A stretch of 30,531 nucleotides of DNA. Source: an uncultured Bacilli bacterium. Lineage in GTDB: Bacteria > Bacillota_I > Bacilli_A > RF39 > UBA660. The position numbers and the translations under genes were made by a program. Positions within the stretch are counted from its first letter, which is position 1, and each line of letters opens with the position of its first letter. Below the pieces are notes generated by a model. The model was given only the letters and a program-made list of their open reading frames with translations. It was not told the DNA's origin and did no database searches. The stretch lies in NCBI GenBank assembly GCA_944329545.1, contig CALVIK010000010.1, positions 1-30,531 on the forward strand, read 5' to 3'. Below, in pieces: positions 1 to 8,951 of the stretch.

Positions 1-41
1 ATCAAAAATAATAGTAATACAAATAACTTATTTTTTAACAT
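1..41 (-). CDS. 5' end of a truncated, probably exported or membrane protein (MLKNKLFVLLLFL...)
   Basis: AGGTGG RBS, ATG at 41 and a basic-then-hydrophobic N-terminus running off the window edge; not in the ORF track. Confidence 0.5.
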   Translation of the reverse strand, partial: MLKNKLFVLLLFL

Positions 42-71
42 GAAACCACCTAATTAATTTTATGCTTTTTA
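36..71. repeat. 36-bp direct repeat, copy 1 (taacatgaaaccacctaattaattttatgcttttta)
   Basis: Identical base by base to 2368-2403. Confidence 0.95.
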
Positions 72-213
72 TTTTTAATATACACTTTTTTATCTGATAT
101 TTACTAGCACAATTTTTGCAATAAAAAAAGGCTTTTTACCCTTTGTCATACATTTATTAATGCAAAATTAAGAATTTTTTAAATGAAGGTACATATTTTT
201 TTTGTTAATTAAA

Positions 214-2226
214 TTACTTTTTTAATATTTTTGGCCTTTCTAAACACAATGTAGGTTGATTATACACTATTAGTTGATGTTGAGCTCTAGTACATACTAC
301 ATAATATAAGTTTTTTTCTTCTTCTGTATAATAATTATCAGGTTTCGTATACACTATAACACCATCAAATTCTAACCCTTTAGCTATATATGATGGTAAA
401 ATAGAAATCTTGTTTTTTTCTATATTATTTTTAATAAAAACATTATTTGATGAAATGGATACTAGTTTTTTATAAAGATTATTTGTTTCTTTATCATCTT
501 TGGTAATAACTGCTATTGTTTGCATACCACCATTTTTCATTTTTTTTAAATCGCTAATAAGATTGTTTATATCATTGCTTTCTCTTTTTAAAACTGGAAA
601 ACCATTTTTACCTCTAATTGAAGTAATACTATTAATATTTAAAATTTTACTAGCAAATTCAATTATCTCTGAACTAGATCTATATGTTTTATTTAATTCT
701 ATATAATTAGCTTCATTATCAAAAATGATTTTTAATTCTTCTAATGATTTATATGTACTATCAGGATTTATAGCTTGATTAATATCTCCTAAAATAGTAA
801 AAAATGCTTTAGGGAAAATTTTCTTCAATATCCAAAATTGTAATGGTGAATAATCTTGTGCTTCATCAACCACCAAGTGTTTGACTTCACTATTATATGG
901 AAAATCATTTAGCTGAAAATAGATGTATATAATTCCCGTAATATCATCATAATATAGTTTATTGTTCTCTCTGATAATATTTTTCTCATCTAAAAATTCT
1001 TTAAAAATATGAACAGGATCAAGATCAATATTTATTTTTTCATTTAAAACATTTTTAATCTTTGTTTTATATTTCTTTAAGGGAACATTAATACTATGAC
1101 AAATGTATTCAGCTATTTTTTCTATTCTTTCGGTAAAAGGTAATTTTTTATACTTAACCATTAATAATTCATTTAATTCAAAATGATTAAAATAAATTCC
1201 ATTTAAAGTTACTCCACTTTTAAAAATATGTTTCTTTAAATAATTATCAAGATATTCATCTAACGCTTCTTTGGTATATATATTTTTTACAATCCTACTA
1301 TTTCTTAATTCATCATATTTGCGTTTTAAAAAATCCGAAAATGTTTCTAGTTTTTTATATTTTTTTAAATAAGTTTTTACAATATCACTAAAGGTAGTGT
1401 TTAAAACATTTTCTTCACCCAATTCTGGTAAAACATCAGAAATATATTCTGAAAAAACATTATTAGGAGAAAATACTAAAACATTTTTAGAAGTTAAATT
1501 TTTTTCTTTATATAAAAGATAAGCAATACGATGCAGGGCAACAGAAGTTTTACCACTTCCCGCAATACCTTGAACAATTAAATATCTATCTTTAGTATTC
1601 CTAATAATTTGATTTTGCTCTTTTTGAATTGTCGTAACAATATTTTTCATTTTATCAGTTGAATGAGCAGATAAAACTTCTTGCAATACCTCATCATCAA
1701 TATTAATATCATTTTCAATAATTCGTTTTATTTTTCCATTTTCTATTTTATATTGTCTTCTTAAGGTAATTTCACCATCTATCATTCCCATTGGTGCTTC
1801 GTAACTAGCTTTTCCAACCGTATAATCATAAAAAAGACTAGAAATTGGTGCTCGCCAATCAAATATATAATTTTTATTTTCATTATTAAGACCATATAAT
1901 CCTATATATACCTTAATTATTTCATCCGGTAATTTAAAATCTATTCTTCCAAAATAAGCCTTATCTAATATTTTTTCATATTTAAATACTTTTTTTATTT
2001 TTTCATTAGTAATTTCTACTTTAGCATCAGTATCATTAAGTAAATTACCATACTCAAGTTCACTTAAACTTTTACAATCATTCCATATATATTTTTTTAA
2101 TTCAAATATTTCTTGTTTTTCTTTAGTAATCTTAACATCAATTTCATCAATTAACTTTTTAGCCACTTTTTTTACATCGGTTAAATATTTTTCTTCTTCT
2201 TTTAATATATTATCATTAACACTCAT
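214..2226 (-). CDS. helD: HelD-family (UvrD-like SF1) RNA polymerase recycling ATPase
   Basis: DWRAPISSLFYDY, QGIAGSGKTSVALHRIAYLLY (Walker A), VVDEAQD, GDINQ, TYRS, KGLEFD, TRAQH motifs; start moved to ATG 2226 after an AGGTGA RBS. Confidence 0.85.
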   Translation of the reverse strand: MSVNDNILKEEEKYLTDVKKVAKKLIDEIDVKITKEKQEIFELKKYIWNDCKSLSELEYGNLLNDTDAKVEITNEKIKKVFKYEKILDKAYFGRIDFKLPDEIIKVYIGLYGLNNENKNYIFDWRAPISSLFYDYTVGKASYEAPMGMIDGEITLRRQYKIENGKIKRIIENDINIDDEVLQEVLSAHSTDKMKNIVTTIQKEQNQIIRNTKDRYLIVQGIAGSGKTSVALHRIAYLLYKEKNLTSKNVLVFSPNNVFSEYISDVLPELGEENVLNTTFSDIVKTYLKKYKKLETFSDFLKRKYDELRNSRIVKNIYTKEALDEYLDNYLKKHIFKSGVTLNGIYFNHFELNELLMVKYKKLPFTERIEKIAEYICHSINVPLKKYKTKIKNVLNEKINIDLDPVHIFKEFLDEKNIIRENNKLYYDDITGIIYIYFQLNDFPYNSEVKHLVVDEAQDYSPLQFWILKKIFPKAFFTILGDINQAINPDSTYKSLEELKIIFDNEANYIELNKTYRSSSEIIEFASKILNINSITSIRGKNGFPVLKRESNDINNLISDLKKMKNGGMQTIAVITKDDKETNNLYKKLVSISSNNVFIKNNIEKNKISILPSYIAKGLEFDGVIVYTKPDNYYTEEEKNLYYVVCTRAQHQLIVYNQPTLCLERPKILKK

Positions 2227-2367
2227 ATTATCACCTGTTAAATAATATTTTAACACATTTATAAATTTTAGAAAACTAATTATCAGGCGATTTATTAGAT
2301 AATGTCCAAAAGCAATTATAACTGGTTAGTTATTTTTTAAATACTATTTTTTATTTTTAATAAATTA

Positions 2368-2403
2368 TAACATGAAACCACCTAATTAATTTTATGCTTT
2401 TTA
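2368..2403. repeat. 36-bp direct repeat, copy 2
   Basis: Identical to 36-71; here RBS+ATG is followed by TTA TAA (immediate stop). Confidence 0.95.
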
Positions 2404-2437
2404 AAATGTTTAATTTCTTAAATAAAAAGTTTTCCAT

Positions 2438-2460
2438 AAAAAAACTGAAATCTCAGTTTT
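2438..2460 (-). terminator. Intrinsic terminator overlapping the sortase stop
   Basis: AAAACTGA-GATT-TCAGTTTT hairpin followed by T run. Confidence 0.6.
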
Positions 2461-3022
2461 CTAAATAACCAATATATACTGTTTGCATATTTGTATTTTT
2501 TTTACAAGTGATTAAAGTGATGGTCGTTTTACTTTTATCTCTAACAATATCAATATAACCCGTTTTAGTTCTATCATAAATATCATTAATAACATATTTA
2601 TATTTTTTATTATTATAATAAATATAAACTTCATCTTTTATATTTAATAAATCCAAATGTTTAAAATAAGCAATATTACTATTTCCACTATGAGCAGCTA
2701 ATATTAAATTACTACCTTTAACATCAGGCATTTTTGATGTTTCAATCACTTCAATATTTTTATCAACATCATTAAGGGATGAATTATATTCGAAAAAACC
2801 TTGCTTTAAATTTATTTTGGGAATTTCTAAAACAGCTAAATAACCATTTTTTAAATTATTAACTTTATTGATAAATCCTTTATATTGTTTATTATAAACG
2901 GTATAAGAATTAATTGTTTCACTTGCGGTAGCTGTATTCACAAATAAAATAAAAATTCCCAAAACAGTTAAAGCAATTGCTAAAAAATTATAATATTTTT
3001 TTAACACGCAATATAAACCCAC
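2453..3022 (-). CDS. Sortase
   Basis: N-terminal TM anchor, LEIPKINL, NLILAAHSG (His) and TITLITC (Cys); start uncertain (GTG 3022 or GTG 3007). Confidence 0.85.
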   Translation of the reverse strand: MGLYCVLKKYYNFLAIALTVLGIFILFVNTATASETINSYTVYNKQYKGFINKVNNLKNGYLAVLEIPKINLKQGFFEYNSSLNDVDKNIEVIETSKMPDVKGSNLILAAHSGNSNIAYFKHLDLLNIKDEVYIYYNNKKYKYVINDIYDRTKTGYIDIVRDKSKTTITLITCKKNTNMQTVYIGYLEN

Positions 3023-3905
3023 TTAAAATTAAACACCATGGTAAAAAAGTGCTGGTAAAGCCAGTGTTGGGAACCTTGACTATTTCTTTATTATCTGGTG
3101 TTTCAGGGGTTTCTGGTTTTTCTTTATTTCCTATGTTCAAATAAGTAGTAATAGGGCTAGAAAACCGCAATGTAGCTAATTTTTGACTATTTCCTTTAGT
3201 ATAAACAATTAAAACCCCATTATCGTAATTTTTCCTAGTTAAAATTAGTTTTTCCTCAGGAACTAATTCTTCATTTAAATGAACAAACAAGTTATTATCA
3301 TTGATAGCCACTTCGTGATATTTGCTCGCAGATATACTATAATTATTTAAAACATTGTTTTCATCTTTAATTGTAAGCTCCGTTCCTATTTCTCCTGTAA
3401 TTAAACTTTCACTAAATGATGGTCGAAGTCCATCTTTTGCTATTAAATCTAAAATTTCTTGTTTTTCCTTTTCATAACTAAGTCTTGTCCCACTACCATT
3501 TTTGCCACTTGACCAATAAACTTCAACATCAGGATTTCCCACTTCCCAAATAAGTTCTTGCGCTGCTAAATAATATTCGATTTTTTGATGTCCTGGATAT
3601 TCATAACCATAGTAACCAATTTTTTCAAATTTTGTTTGTTGTTCTTTACTAAAATTAGTTTGACTCCAGTCATGTGTACTATCATAATTACTCGTATTAA
3701 TAGCTACTCCTGGTTCAATACAATACGCTAAAACATTATCCAAATAAAACATTGTCACATAGTTTGATTGCCACACACCATTTACTAACTGATTATAATA
3801 AACCCCATTTATCTTTTTATAAGTTATTTTTTCGGCTTTAACTGAAGAAGTAAACGCAAATATTACTAAAGTACTGAAGAAAAGTAAAGTTATTTTTCTT
3901 AACAT
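2988..3905 (-). CDS. Sortase-anchored thioester-domain (Cys-Gln) surface protein
   Basis: Signal peptide, AYCIEPG, AAQELIW (TQxxIW-like), candidate thioester Gln in GNSQKLA, PET repeats, VPNTG + hydrophobic segment + RVKK tail. Confidence 0.75.
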   Translation of the reverse strand: MLRKITLLFFSTLVIFAFTSSVKAEKITYKKINGVYYNQLVNGVWQSNYVTMFYLDNVLAYCIEPGVAINTSNYDSTHDWSQTNFSKEQQTKFEKIGYYGYEYPGHQKIEYYLAAQELIWEVGNPDVEVYWSSGKNGSGTRLSYEKEKQEILDLIAKDGLRPSFSESLITGEIGTELTIKDENNVLNNYSISASKYHEVAINDNNLFVHLNEELVPEEKLILTRKNYDNGVLIVYTKGNSQKLATLRFSSPITTYLNIGNKEKPETPETPDNKEIVKVPNTGFTSTFLPWCLILSGFILRVKKIL

Positions 3906-4005
3906 AGACTCCTCCTTCTATCAGTTTGCTTTAGTAAATTACCAGCCCCTATTATATATTATACGAGATAAAAATAAAAATCCCTGCAAAAAAACAGAAA
4001 TTTTT

Positions 4006-4662
4006 TTATTTTTTCTTAATAAATAAAGCAAATGGATAACGATTTGGTAAAGCTAATTCAAAAACTAACTTTTCACAAGTTATTGGATGGTTTAATTCTA
4101 TCTTTTTAGCAAATAAAGCAATTGGTATTTTAGGCATATTTTGACCGTACTTTTGATCACCCAATAAAGGATATCCTCTACTAGCAAATTGTACTCTTAT
4201 CTGATGCGGCCGGCCTGTTTCTAAATTTATTTTTACTAATGATAGCCCATCTTTATACGCTAATTTCTGATAATTTAATTTAGCAAGCTTTCCTTTATTA
4301 TCTACTTTAACAATGTTTTTTTTATTGTCTTTAAGAAGTTTATCAATAAAAGTATCTTCTTTTTTTATATTGCCACAAACTATAGCATAATATGTTTTTT
4401 TTAAAGTTCTATTAACAATTTGTTTGCTTAATCGACTAGCAGCTTTACTAGTTTTAGCAAAAACCATAACGCCTCCTACTGGTCTATCTAATCTATGAAC
4501 CAACCCTAAATAAACATTGCCCGATTTCTGATATTTTTCTTTTAAATATTTTTTTAAGATGTTAAGTAAATCTTCATCAGCTGATTTATCTCTTTGTACT
4601 GGAAGATTTACCGGTTTTTCAACAACTAATAAGTGATTATCTTCATATAAAATATTAATCAT
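4006..4662 (-). CDS. RluA-family RNA pseudouridine synthase
   Basis: ILYEDNHLLVVEKP, HRLD catalytic Asp motif, GRPHQIRVQ, LLGDQKYG; start moved to ATG 4662. Confidence 0.9.
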   Translation of the reverse strand: MINILYEDNHLLVVEKPVNLPVQRDKSADEDLLNILKKYLKEKYQKSGNVYLGLVHRLDRPVGGVMVFAKTSKAASRLSKQIVNRTLKKTYYAIVCGNIKKEDTFIDKLLKDNKKNIVKVDNKGKLAKLNYQKLAYKDGLSLVKINLETGRPHQIRVQFASRGYPLLGDQKYGQNMPKIPIALFAKKIELNHPITCEKLVFELALPNRYPFALFIKKK

Positions 4663-5518
4663 TACTTTCCCATCTTCCATAAATACCACATGGTAAAATT
4701 AAATCATTATTACTTATTTTAAGAGCTACTTCGCCAGTTTCAATTTTTCCACCATATTTTTGCATACTCATTTTAAGCATATTTCCTAAAACTGTACTAG
4801 ATATACCCGTAGTATAAGCATTAATTAAGAAAAATAACGGTTTATCACTTAATATTTTTAAAATTTCTTCAAATAATACCGCCATATTTTTTTCAAATTT
4901 CCAAATTTCTTTATTAGGTCCTCTTCCATAACTAGGTGGATCCATCACAATAGCATCATATTTATGACCTCTACGATATTCTCTTTGGACAAATTTCAAG
5001 CAATCATCAACAATAAATCTAATGTGTGCTTCTTCCAAATGACATAAATGCATATTTTCTTTCGCCCATAAAGTCATACCTTTAGAGGCATCTACTTGCA
5101 CAACTTCCGCCCCTGCTTTAGCACAAGCCATAGTAGCTGCACCAGTATATGCAAACAAATTAAGGACTTTAATAGGTCTTCCTGCTTGTTTTATTTTGTT
5201 CATCATAAATTCCCAGTTAGTAGCTTGTTCAGGAAAAAGCCCCGTATGTTTAAAATTTGTTGGCGTTACTTTAAAAGTTAAATCTTGATAAGAAACAGTC
5301 CAGTATTCTGGTAATTTTTCTTTAAATTCCCAGTAACCACCACCTTTATTACTGCGATGATAAAATCCATGAACATGATTCCATTTTTCATTAAAATCTA
5401 TTTTCCACATTGCTCCAGGTTCTGGCCTTCTTAAAATAACATTACCCCAGCGTTCTAATTTTTCACCATTTCCCGCATCTAAACATTCATAATCCTGCCA
5501 TTTACTTACTTTTATCAT
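4655..5518 (-). CDS. Class I SAM-dependent methyltransferase (RlmI/RlmK-like)
   Basis: KHTGLFPEQ, VLNLFAYTGAAT (motif I), VDAS, IVMDPPSYG; start at ATG 5518 after GGTGA. Confidence 0.85.
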   Translation of the reverse strand: MIKVSKWQDYECLDAGNGEKLERWGNVILRRPEPGAMWKIDFNEKWNHVHGFYHRSNKGGGYWEFKEKLPEYWTVSYQDLTFKVTPTNFKHTGLFPEQATNWEFMMNKIKQAGRPIKVLNLFAYTGAATMACAKAGAEVVQVDASKGMTLWAKENMHLCHLEEAHIRFIVDDCLKFVQREYRRGHKYDAIVMDPPSYGRGPNKEIWKFEKNMAVLFEEILKILSDKPLFFLINAYTTGISSTVLGNMLKMSMQKYGGKIETGEVALKISNNDLILPCGIYGRWESND

Positions 5519-5534
5519 AAAAATCACCAGTTCC

Positions 5535-5563
5535 ATTATATCGAATTTTATAATTTAACGCAA
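5535..5563 (-). promoter_or_regulatory. Sigma-A promoter for the methyltransferase-rluA pair
   Basis: TTGCGT-N17-TATAAT. Confidence 0.65.
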
Positions 5564-5635
5564 ATAAAAAAGGAGTTATTCCAAAAGTCAAATTGGCCAA
5601 GGCCAGCCCCTTATAAGTTTTTGGAATGCTTCCTT
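5564..5635 (-). ncRNA. Candidate ~70-nt stand-alone structured small RNA
   Basis: Ends pair (AAGGA/TCCTT, ATTCCAAAA/TTTTGGAAT), inner TGGCC/GGCCA stem, 3' T-run, own promoter just upstream; no known family recognised. Confidence 0.4.
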
Positions 5636-5641
5636 AGTTTA

Positions 5642-5670
5642 ATTATATGAATAAAATTTTATTTATTCAA
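5642..5670 (-). promoter_or_regulatory. Sigma-A promoter upstream of the candidate sRNA
   Basis: TTGAAT-N17-TATAAT. Confidence 0.55.
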
Positions 5671-5721
5671 GAATATTTTAAATAAATTAATTCAATTAAA
5701 GTAAATTTTACACTAATATAC

Positions 5722-5751
5722 AAAAAACACCAGAAATAATTCCAGTGTTTT
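5722..5751 (-). terminator. rplM-rpsI terminator
   Basis: ACACTGGA/TCTGGTGT stem (two GU pairs) followed by TTTTT. Confidence 0.65.
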
Positions 5752-5758
5752 GTAAATG

Positions 5759-6172
5759 CTATCTCTTTGAGAATTGTGGAGCTCTACGAGCACCTTTAAG
5801 ACCAGGTTTCTTTCTTTCTTTAACTCTGGCATCTCTAGTAATAAAACCAGCTCTTTTTAATGTTTTTCTATAACTGTCTTCATTAGCTTCGTTATCTTTA
5901 TCATATTCAAGTAATGCTCTCGCAATACCTAATCTAATTGCTCCTGTTTGACCAGTAAATCCACCACCATTTACTTTTACGGTAATATCAAATGTTTTTT
6001 CATTATTTGTTGCTGCTAATGGTTGCATTAAATCCATTACATTAGTTTCATAAGGGAAGAAATCTCTTACATCACGACCATTAACAGTAATTTTACCAGT
6101 TCCTGGAACCATTGTTACACGCGCAACTGAAGCTTTTCTTCTTCCTGTTCCATAAAATTTTCTTTCTGCCAT
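5759..6172 (-). CDS. rpsI: 30S ribosomal protein S9
   Basis: [40 protein letters not shown]. Confidence 0.98.
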   Translation of the reverse strand: MAERKFYGTGRRKASVARVTMVPGTGKITVNGRDVRDFFPYETNVMDLMQPLAATNNEKTFDITVKVNGGGFTGQTGAIRLGIARALLEYDKDNEANEDSYRKTLKRAGFITRDARVKERKKPGLKGARRAPQFSKR

Positions 6173-6182
6173 TTAAATCCTC

Positions 6183-6614
6183 CTAATCCAAATTTAATGC
6201 TTCAGGTTTCTGAGCACTATGTGGATGATCTCCTTCTGCATATACAAATAATTTTTTATACATTTGTCTACCTAATCTTCCTTTTGGAAGCATTCCTTTT
6301 ACTGCTCTTTCAAGCATTTCTACAGGATATTTTTCAAGCATTTCCTTAGCAGTTCTTTCACGAAGACCACCAGTATATCTACTATGGTTATAATAAATTT
6401 TATTGTTTAATTTATTACCTGTTAGATTTACTTTATTAGCATTGATAACGATAACATAGTCTCCTCCATCAATATGTGGAGTATAAGTTGGTTTATTTTT
6501 ACCTTTTAAGATTGTCGCAATCTGCGTAGCTAATCGCCCTAAAGTTTTTCCTTCAGCATCGACAACATACCATTTTCTTTCGACATCTTCTTTTCTTTGC
6601 ATATATGTTTTCAT
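6183..6614 (-). CDS. rplM: 50S ribosomal protein L13
   Basis: [27 protein letters not shown]; start moved to ATG 6614. Confidence 0.98.
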   Translation of the reverse strand: MKTYMQRKEDVERKWYVVDAEGKTLGRLATQIATILKGKNKPTYTPHIDGGDYVIVINANKVNLTGNKLNNKIYYNHSRYTGGLRERTAKEMLEKYPVEMLERAVKGMLPKGRLGRQMYKKLFVYAEGDHPHSAQKPEALNLD

Positions 6615-6635
6615 AATATTTTTCCTTTCCATAAC

Positions 6636-6665
6636 ATTAGTAAGTTTTCCCAGGACTTACTGATG
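6636..6665 (-). promoter_or_regulatory. L13-leader-like hairpin in the rplM 5' UTR
   Basis: AGTAAGT-CCTGGGAAA-ACTTACT perfect 7-bp stem between promoter and RBS; loop resembles Firmicute L13 leaders. Confidence 0.5.
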
Positions 6666-6693
6666 TGGGATTAAAATAAATGTACCATTAATA

Positions 6694-6722
6694 ATAATAC
6701 TAAAAAAACTAACAAAAGTCAA
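6694..6722 (-). promoter_or_regulatory. rplM-rpsI promoter
   Basis: TTGACT-N17-TATTAT. Confidence 0.65.
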
Positions 6723-6751
6723 TAAAATATATGCCTTTTCTTAGTTTTTTA

Positions 6752-7495
6752 TTAATATAAGACATCTTTTAAATATAAACCTTCTGGCGAGGCTGTTTTC
6801 CCAGCTTTTCTTCGATCTTCGGCTTTTAAAATGTCAATTATTTCTTCGCTTTTTCGCTTACCTTCACCAATTTCAATTAAAGTTCCAATCATATTTCTAA
6901 CTTGATATCTTAAAAAACCAGTACCCAAAAAACTTAATGTTATTTTATTAATATTTTTCATATTCCGAATTAAATTAGTTTGGACAATTGTTCTTACATA
7001 ATCTTCTTTTTCATCATCAGTCTTGGTAAATGATTTAAAATTATGCGTGCCTTCTAAATACTTTAATGCTCTTTCAATTTCAGCCACATCTAATTTTTTA
7101 TTATATTGATAAACATAATCTTTTTCGATAGGATTATATTCCCCCATATTTATAATGTAAATATATTCTTTAGCTTTAGCATTATATCTAGCATGAAAAT
7201 CATCAGGTGCTACTTCAATATGTTTTATATAAATATCTTTTGGTAGTAAACTATTTAGTCCATCTTTTAATTTTTCCGGCGTGATGTGTTTCATTTCTAA
7301 ATCAAAATGGGCTTTTTGATTTAAAGCGTGTACTCCAGCATCTGTTCTTCCTGAGGCATGAACATCAACTTTTTTTCCACCATTAATTGTTTTTAACGCT
7401 TTTTCTAATTCTCCTTGGACTGTTTTGACTTTAGGTTGTTTTTGATAACCCTTATATCTTGAACCATCATAAGAAAATGTCATAAAATATCTCAT
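6752..7495 (-). CDS. truA: tRNA pseudouridine(38-40) synthase
   Basis: SYDGSRYKGYQKQP, SGRTDAGVHA, FLRYQVRNMIG, GLYL; AAGGAG RBS before ATG 7495. Confidence 0.95.
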   Translation of the reverse strand: MRYFMTFSYDGSRYKGYQKQPKVKTVQGELEKALKTINGGKKVDVHASGRTDAGVHALNQKAHFDLEMKHITPEKLKDGLNSLLPKDIYIKHIEVAPDDFHARYNAKAKEYIYIINMGEYNPIEKDYVYQYNKKLDVAEIERALKYLEGTHNFKSFTKTDDEKEDYVRTIVQTNLIRNMKNINKITLSFLGTGFLRYQVRNMIGTLIEIGEGKRKSEEIIDILKAEDRRKAGKTASPEGLYLKDVLY

Positions 7496-7499
7496 TATA

Positions 7500-8123
7500 T
7501 TACTCCTTACTTTCAGTGGCAAACCGATAAATGTCTTTCATTAAATCACTAGTATCATCGCGAAAGCCAATATTTATTTTCTTTTTAGCTTTAACTATTT
7601 TAGAAAAAGCCATAATTTTAGGTATTTTTATATAATATTTATTTAAAATTTCTTCTGCGGCAAAAACTTCATATTTAGAACCTTGTAACAAAATATTGCC
7701 ATCGTTCATTATTATAACATAATCTACTACTTTATGTAGAAAATCTGTATCATCTGAAAAAATTATTATTGATTTTCCATAGCGTAATTTCATTAATTTA
7801 ATTAATTTTGAAAGTTTTTCTTTACTAAAAGAGTCGATTTTATTTGTAGGGTCATTTAAAATAATAGTATTACTTCGTGTAAGTAACGCTTTTGCCGTTA
7901 AAACTTTTGTTTGTTCACTCGCACTAATTTCTGCAAAGCTACAATTTAAAATTTCTTTATTTAAGCCTACCATTTTTAAAGAATCGATTATTTTTTTTAC
8001 GCTTCTTTTAGTTGCAAGCAGTTCTTCTTTAACGGTATTAAATAAAGGATCTACCGCTAAATAGTTTATATCAATTATCCCAATAATGCGGTTTTTTTGT
8101 ACTAATTTATTTACTTCTTCCAT
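7500..8123 (-). CDS. Degenerate EcfA2-like ABC ATPase (no Walker A)
   Basis: Syntenic position; ISASEQ in place of the signature, IILNDPT in place of Walker B, SDD in place of the H-loop. Confidence 0.65.
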   Translation of the reverse strand: MEEVNKLVQKNRIIGIIDINYLAVDPLFNTVKEELLATKRSVKKIIDSLKMVGLNKEILNCSFAEISASEQTKVLTAKALLTRSNTIILNDPTNKIDSFSKEKLSKLIKLMKLRYGKSIIIFSDDTDFLHKVVDYVIIMNDGNILLQGSKYEVFAAEEILNKYYIKIPKIMAFSKIVKAKKKINIGFRDDTSDLMKDIYRFATESKE

Positions 8124-8899
8124 ATATTATTCACCAAAGTTCCCATATTTGTATATATTTTATCAATAAGTTCATAAAACATTAGTTTATTTGATAAATC
8201 AATAATAAAAGGTGGCTGTATTTGGCAATTATCAAATACTTCTAAATGTTTAATTAATTTGGCTTTTGTACCAGTAAAAAAGTTTTGACCGTCTTTTAAG
8301 AAAATCACTTTGTCACTATATAAAATTTCTTCTGCATTTGTTGTTAAATTAAGTATTGTAAGGCCTTTTTTTTGTCTTTTCTTAAGCATTTTAATAATTT
8401 CTTCATTCATATCGCTTAAAGCATTATCAATGATAAGTATTTTGGGGTTAATAATTAAAGCCACAGCTAAGGAGACTAAAATTTGTTGCTTTTTGCTTAA
8501 TAATTTGGGATTTTCGGATAATAAATCTGCAATTGCCAACTCTTTCGTTAAATCTAATATTCGCTTATTAATTTTTTTACTATCTAAATGGTAGCACTTT
8601 AAAGATAATTTTAATTCTTGCTCTACTGTATCACAAACAAAATTTAAACTAGGATTTTCAAAAACAACACCAATATTTCTTCTTACAAACCATAAGTTTT
8701 TTTCTATAGGTTTATTAAAAATATAAACACCTTTACTTTTTAAAAAACCAAGCAAAATTTTAACTAAAGTACTTTTCCCACTGTCATTATTTCCAATTAT
8801 TGTTGTAAAAGAATTTTCTTTAATATTTAAAGTTAAATTATTAAAAATTGTTTTATTTGAATATTTAAATACTAAGTTTTGAATTTCTATTATGCCCAT
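8111..8899 (-). CDS. Degenerate EcfA1-like ABC ATPase
   Basis: GNNDSGKST Walker A; VFENP, LSKKQ, ILIIDN and LTTN replace canonical Q-loop, signature, Walker B and H-loop; start moved to ATG 8899. Confidence 0.75.
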   Translation of the reverse strand: MGIIEIQNLVFKYSNKTIFNNLTLNIKENSFTTIIGNNDSGKSTLVKILLGFLKSKGVYIFNKPIEKNLWFVRRNIGVVFENPSLNFVCDTVEQELKLSLKCYHLDSKKINKRILDLTKELAIADLLSENPKLLSKKQQILVSLAVALIINPKILIIDNALSDMNEEIIKMLKKRQKKGLTILNLTTNAEEILYSDKVIFLKDGQNFFTGTKAKLIKHLEVFDNCQIQPPFIIDLSNKLMFYELIDKIYTNMGTLVNNIWKK

Positions 8900-8951
8900 A
8901 AAACCACCCACAATTAAATTATAATATAAAAAAAGGTATTTGACAACCTTT

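Noticed and set aside
3942-5611. Shared 9-mer AGGGGCTGG in two intergenic regions (3942-3950 and 5603-5611), both downstream of TATAAT
   Set aside because: Only two occurrences and no shared flanking structure; cannot be separated from chance without a genome-wide count.
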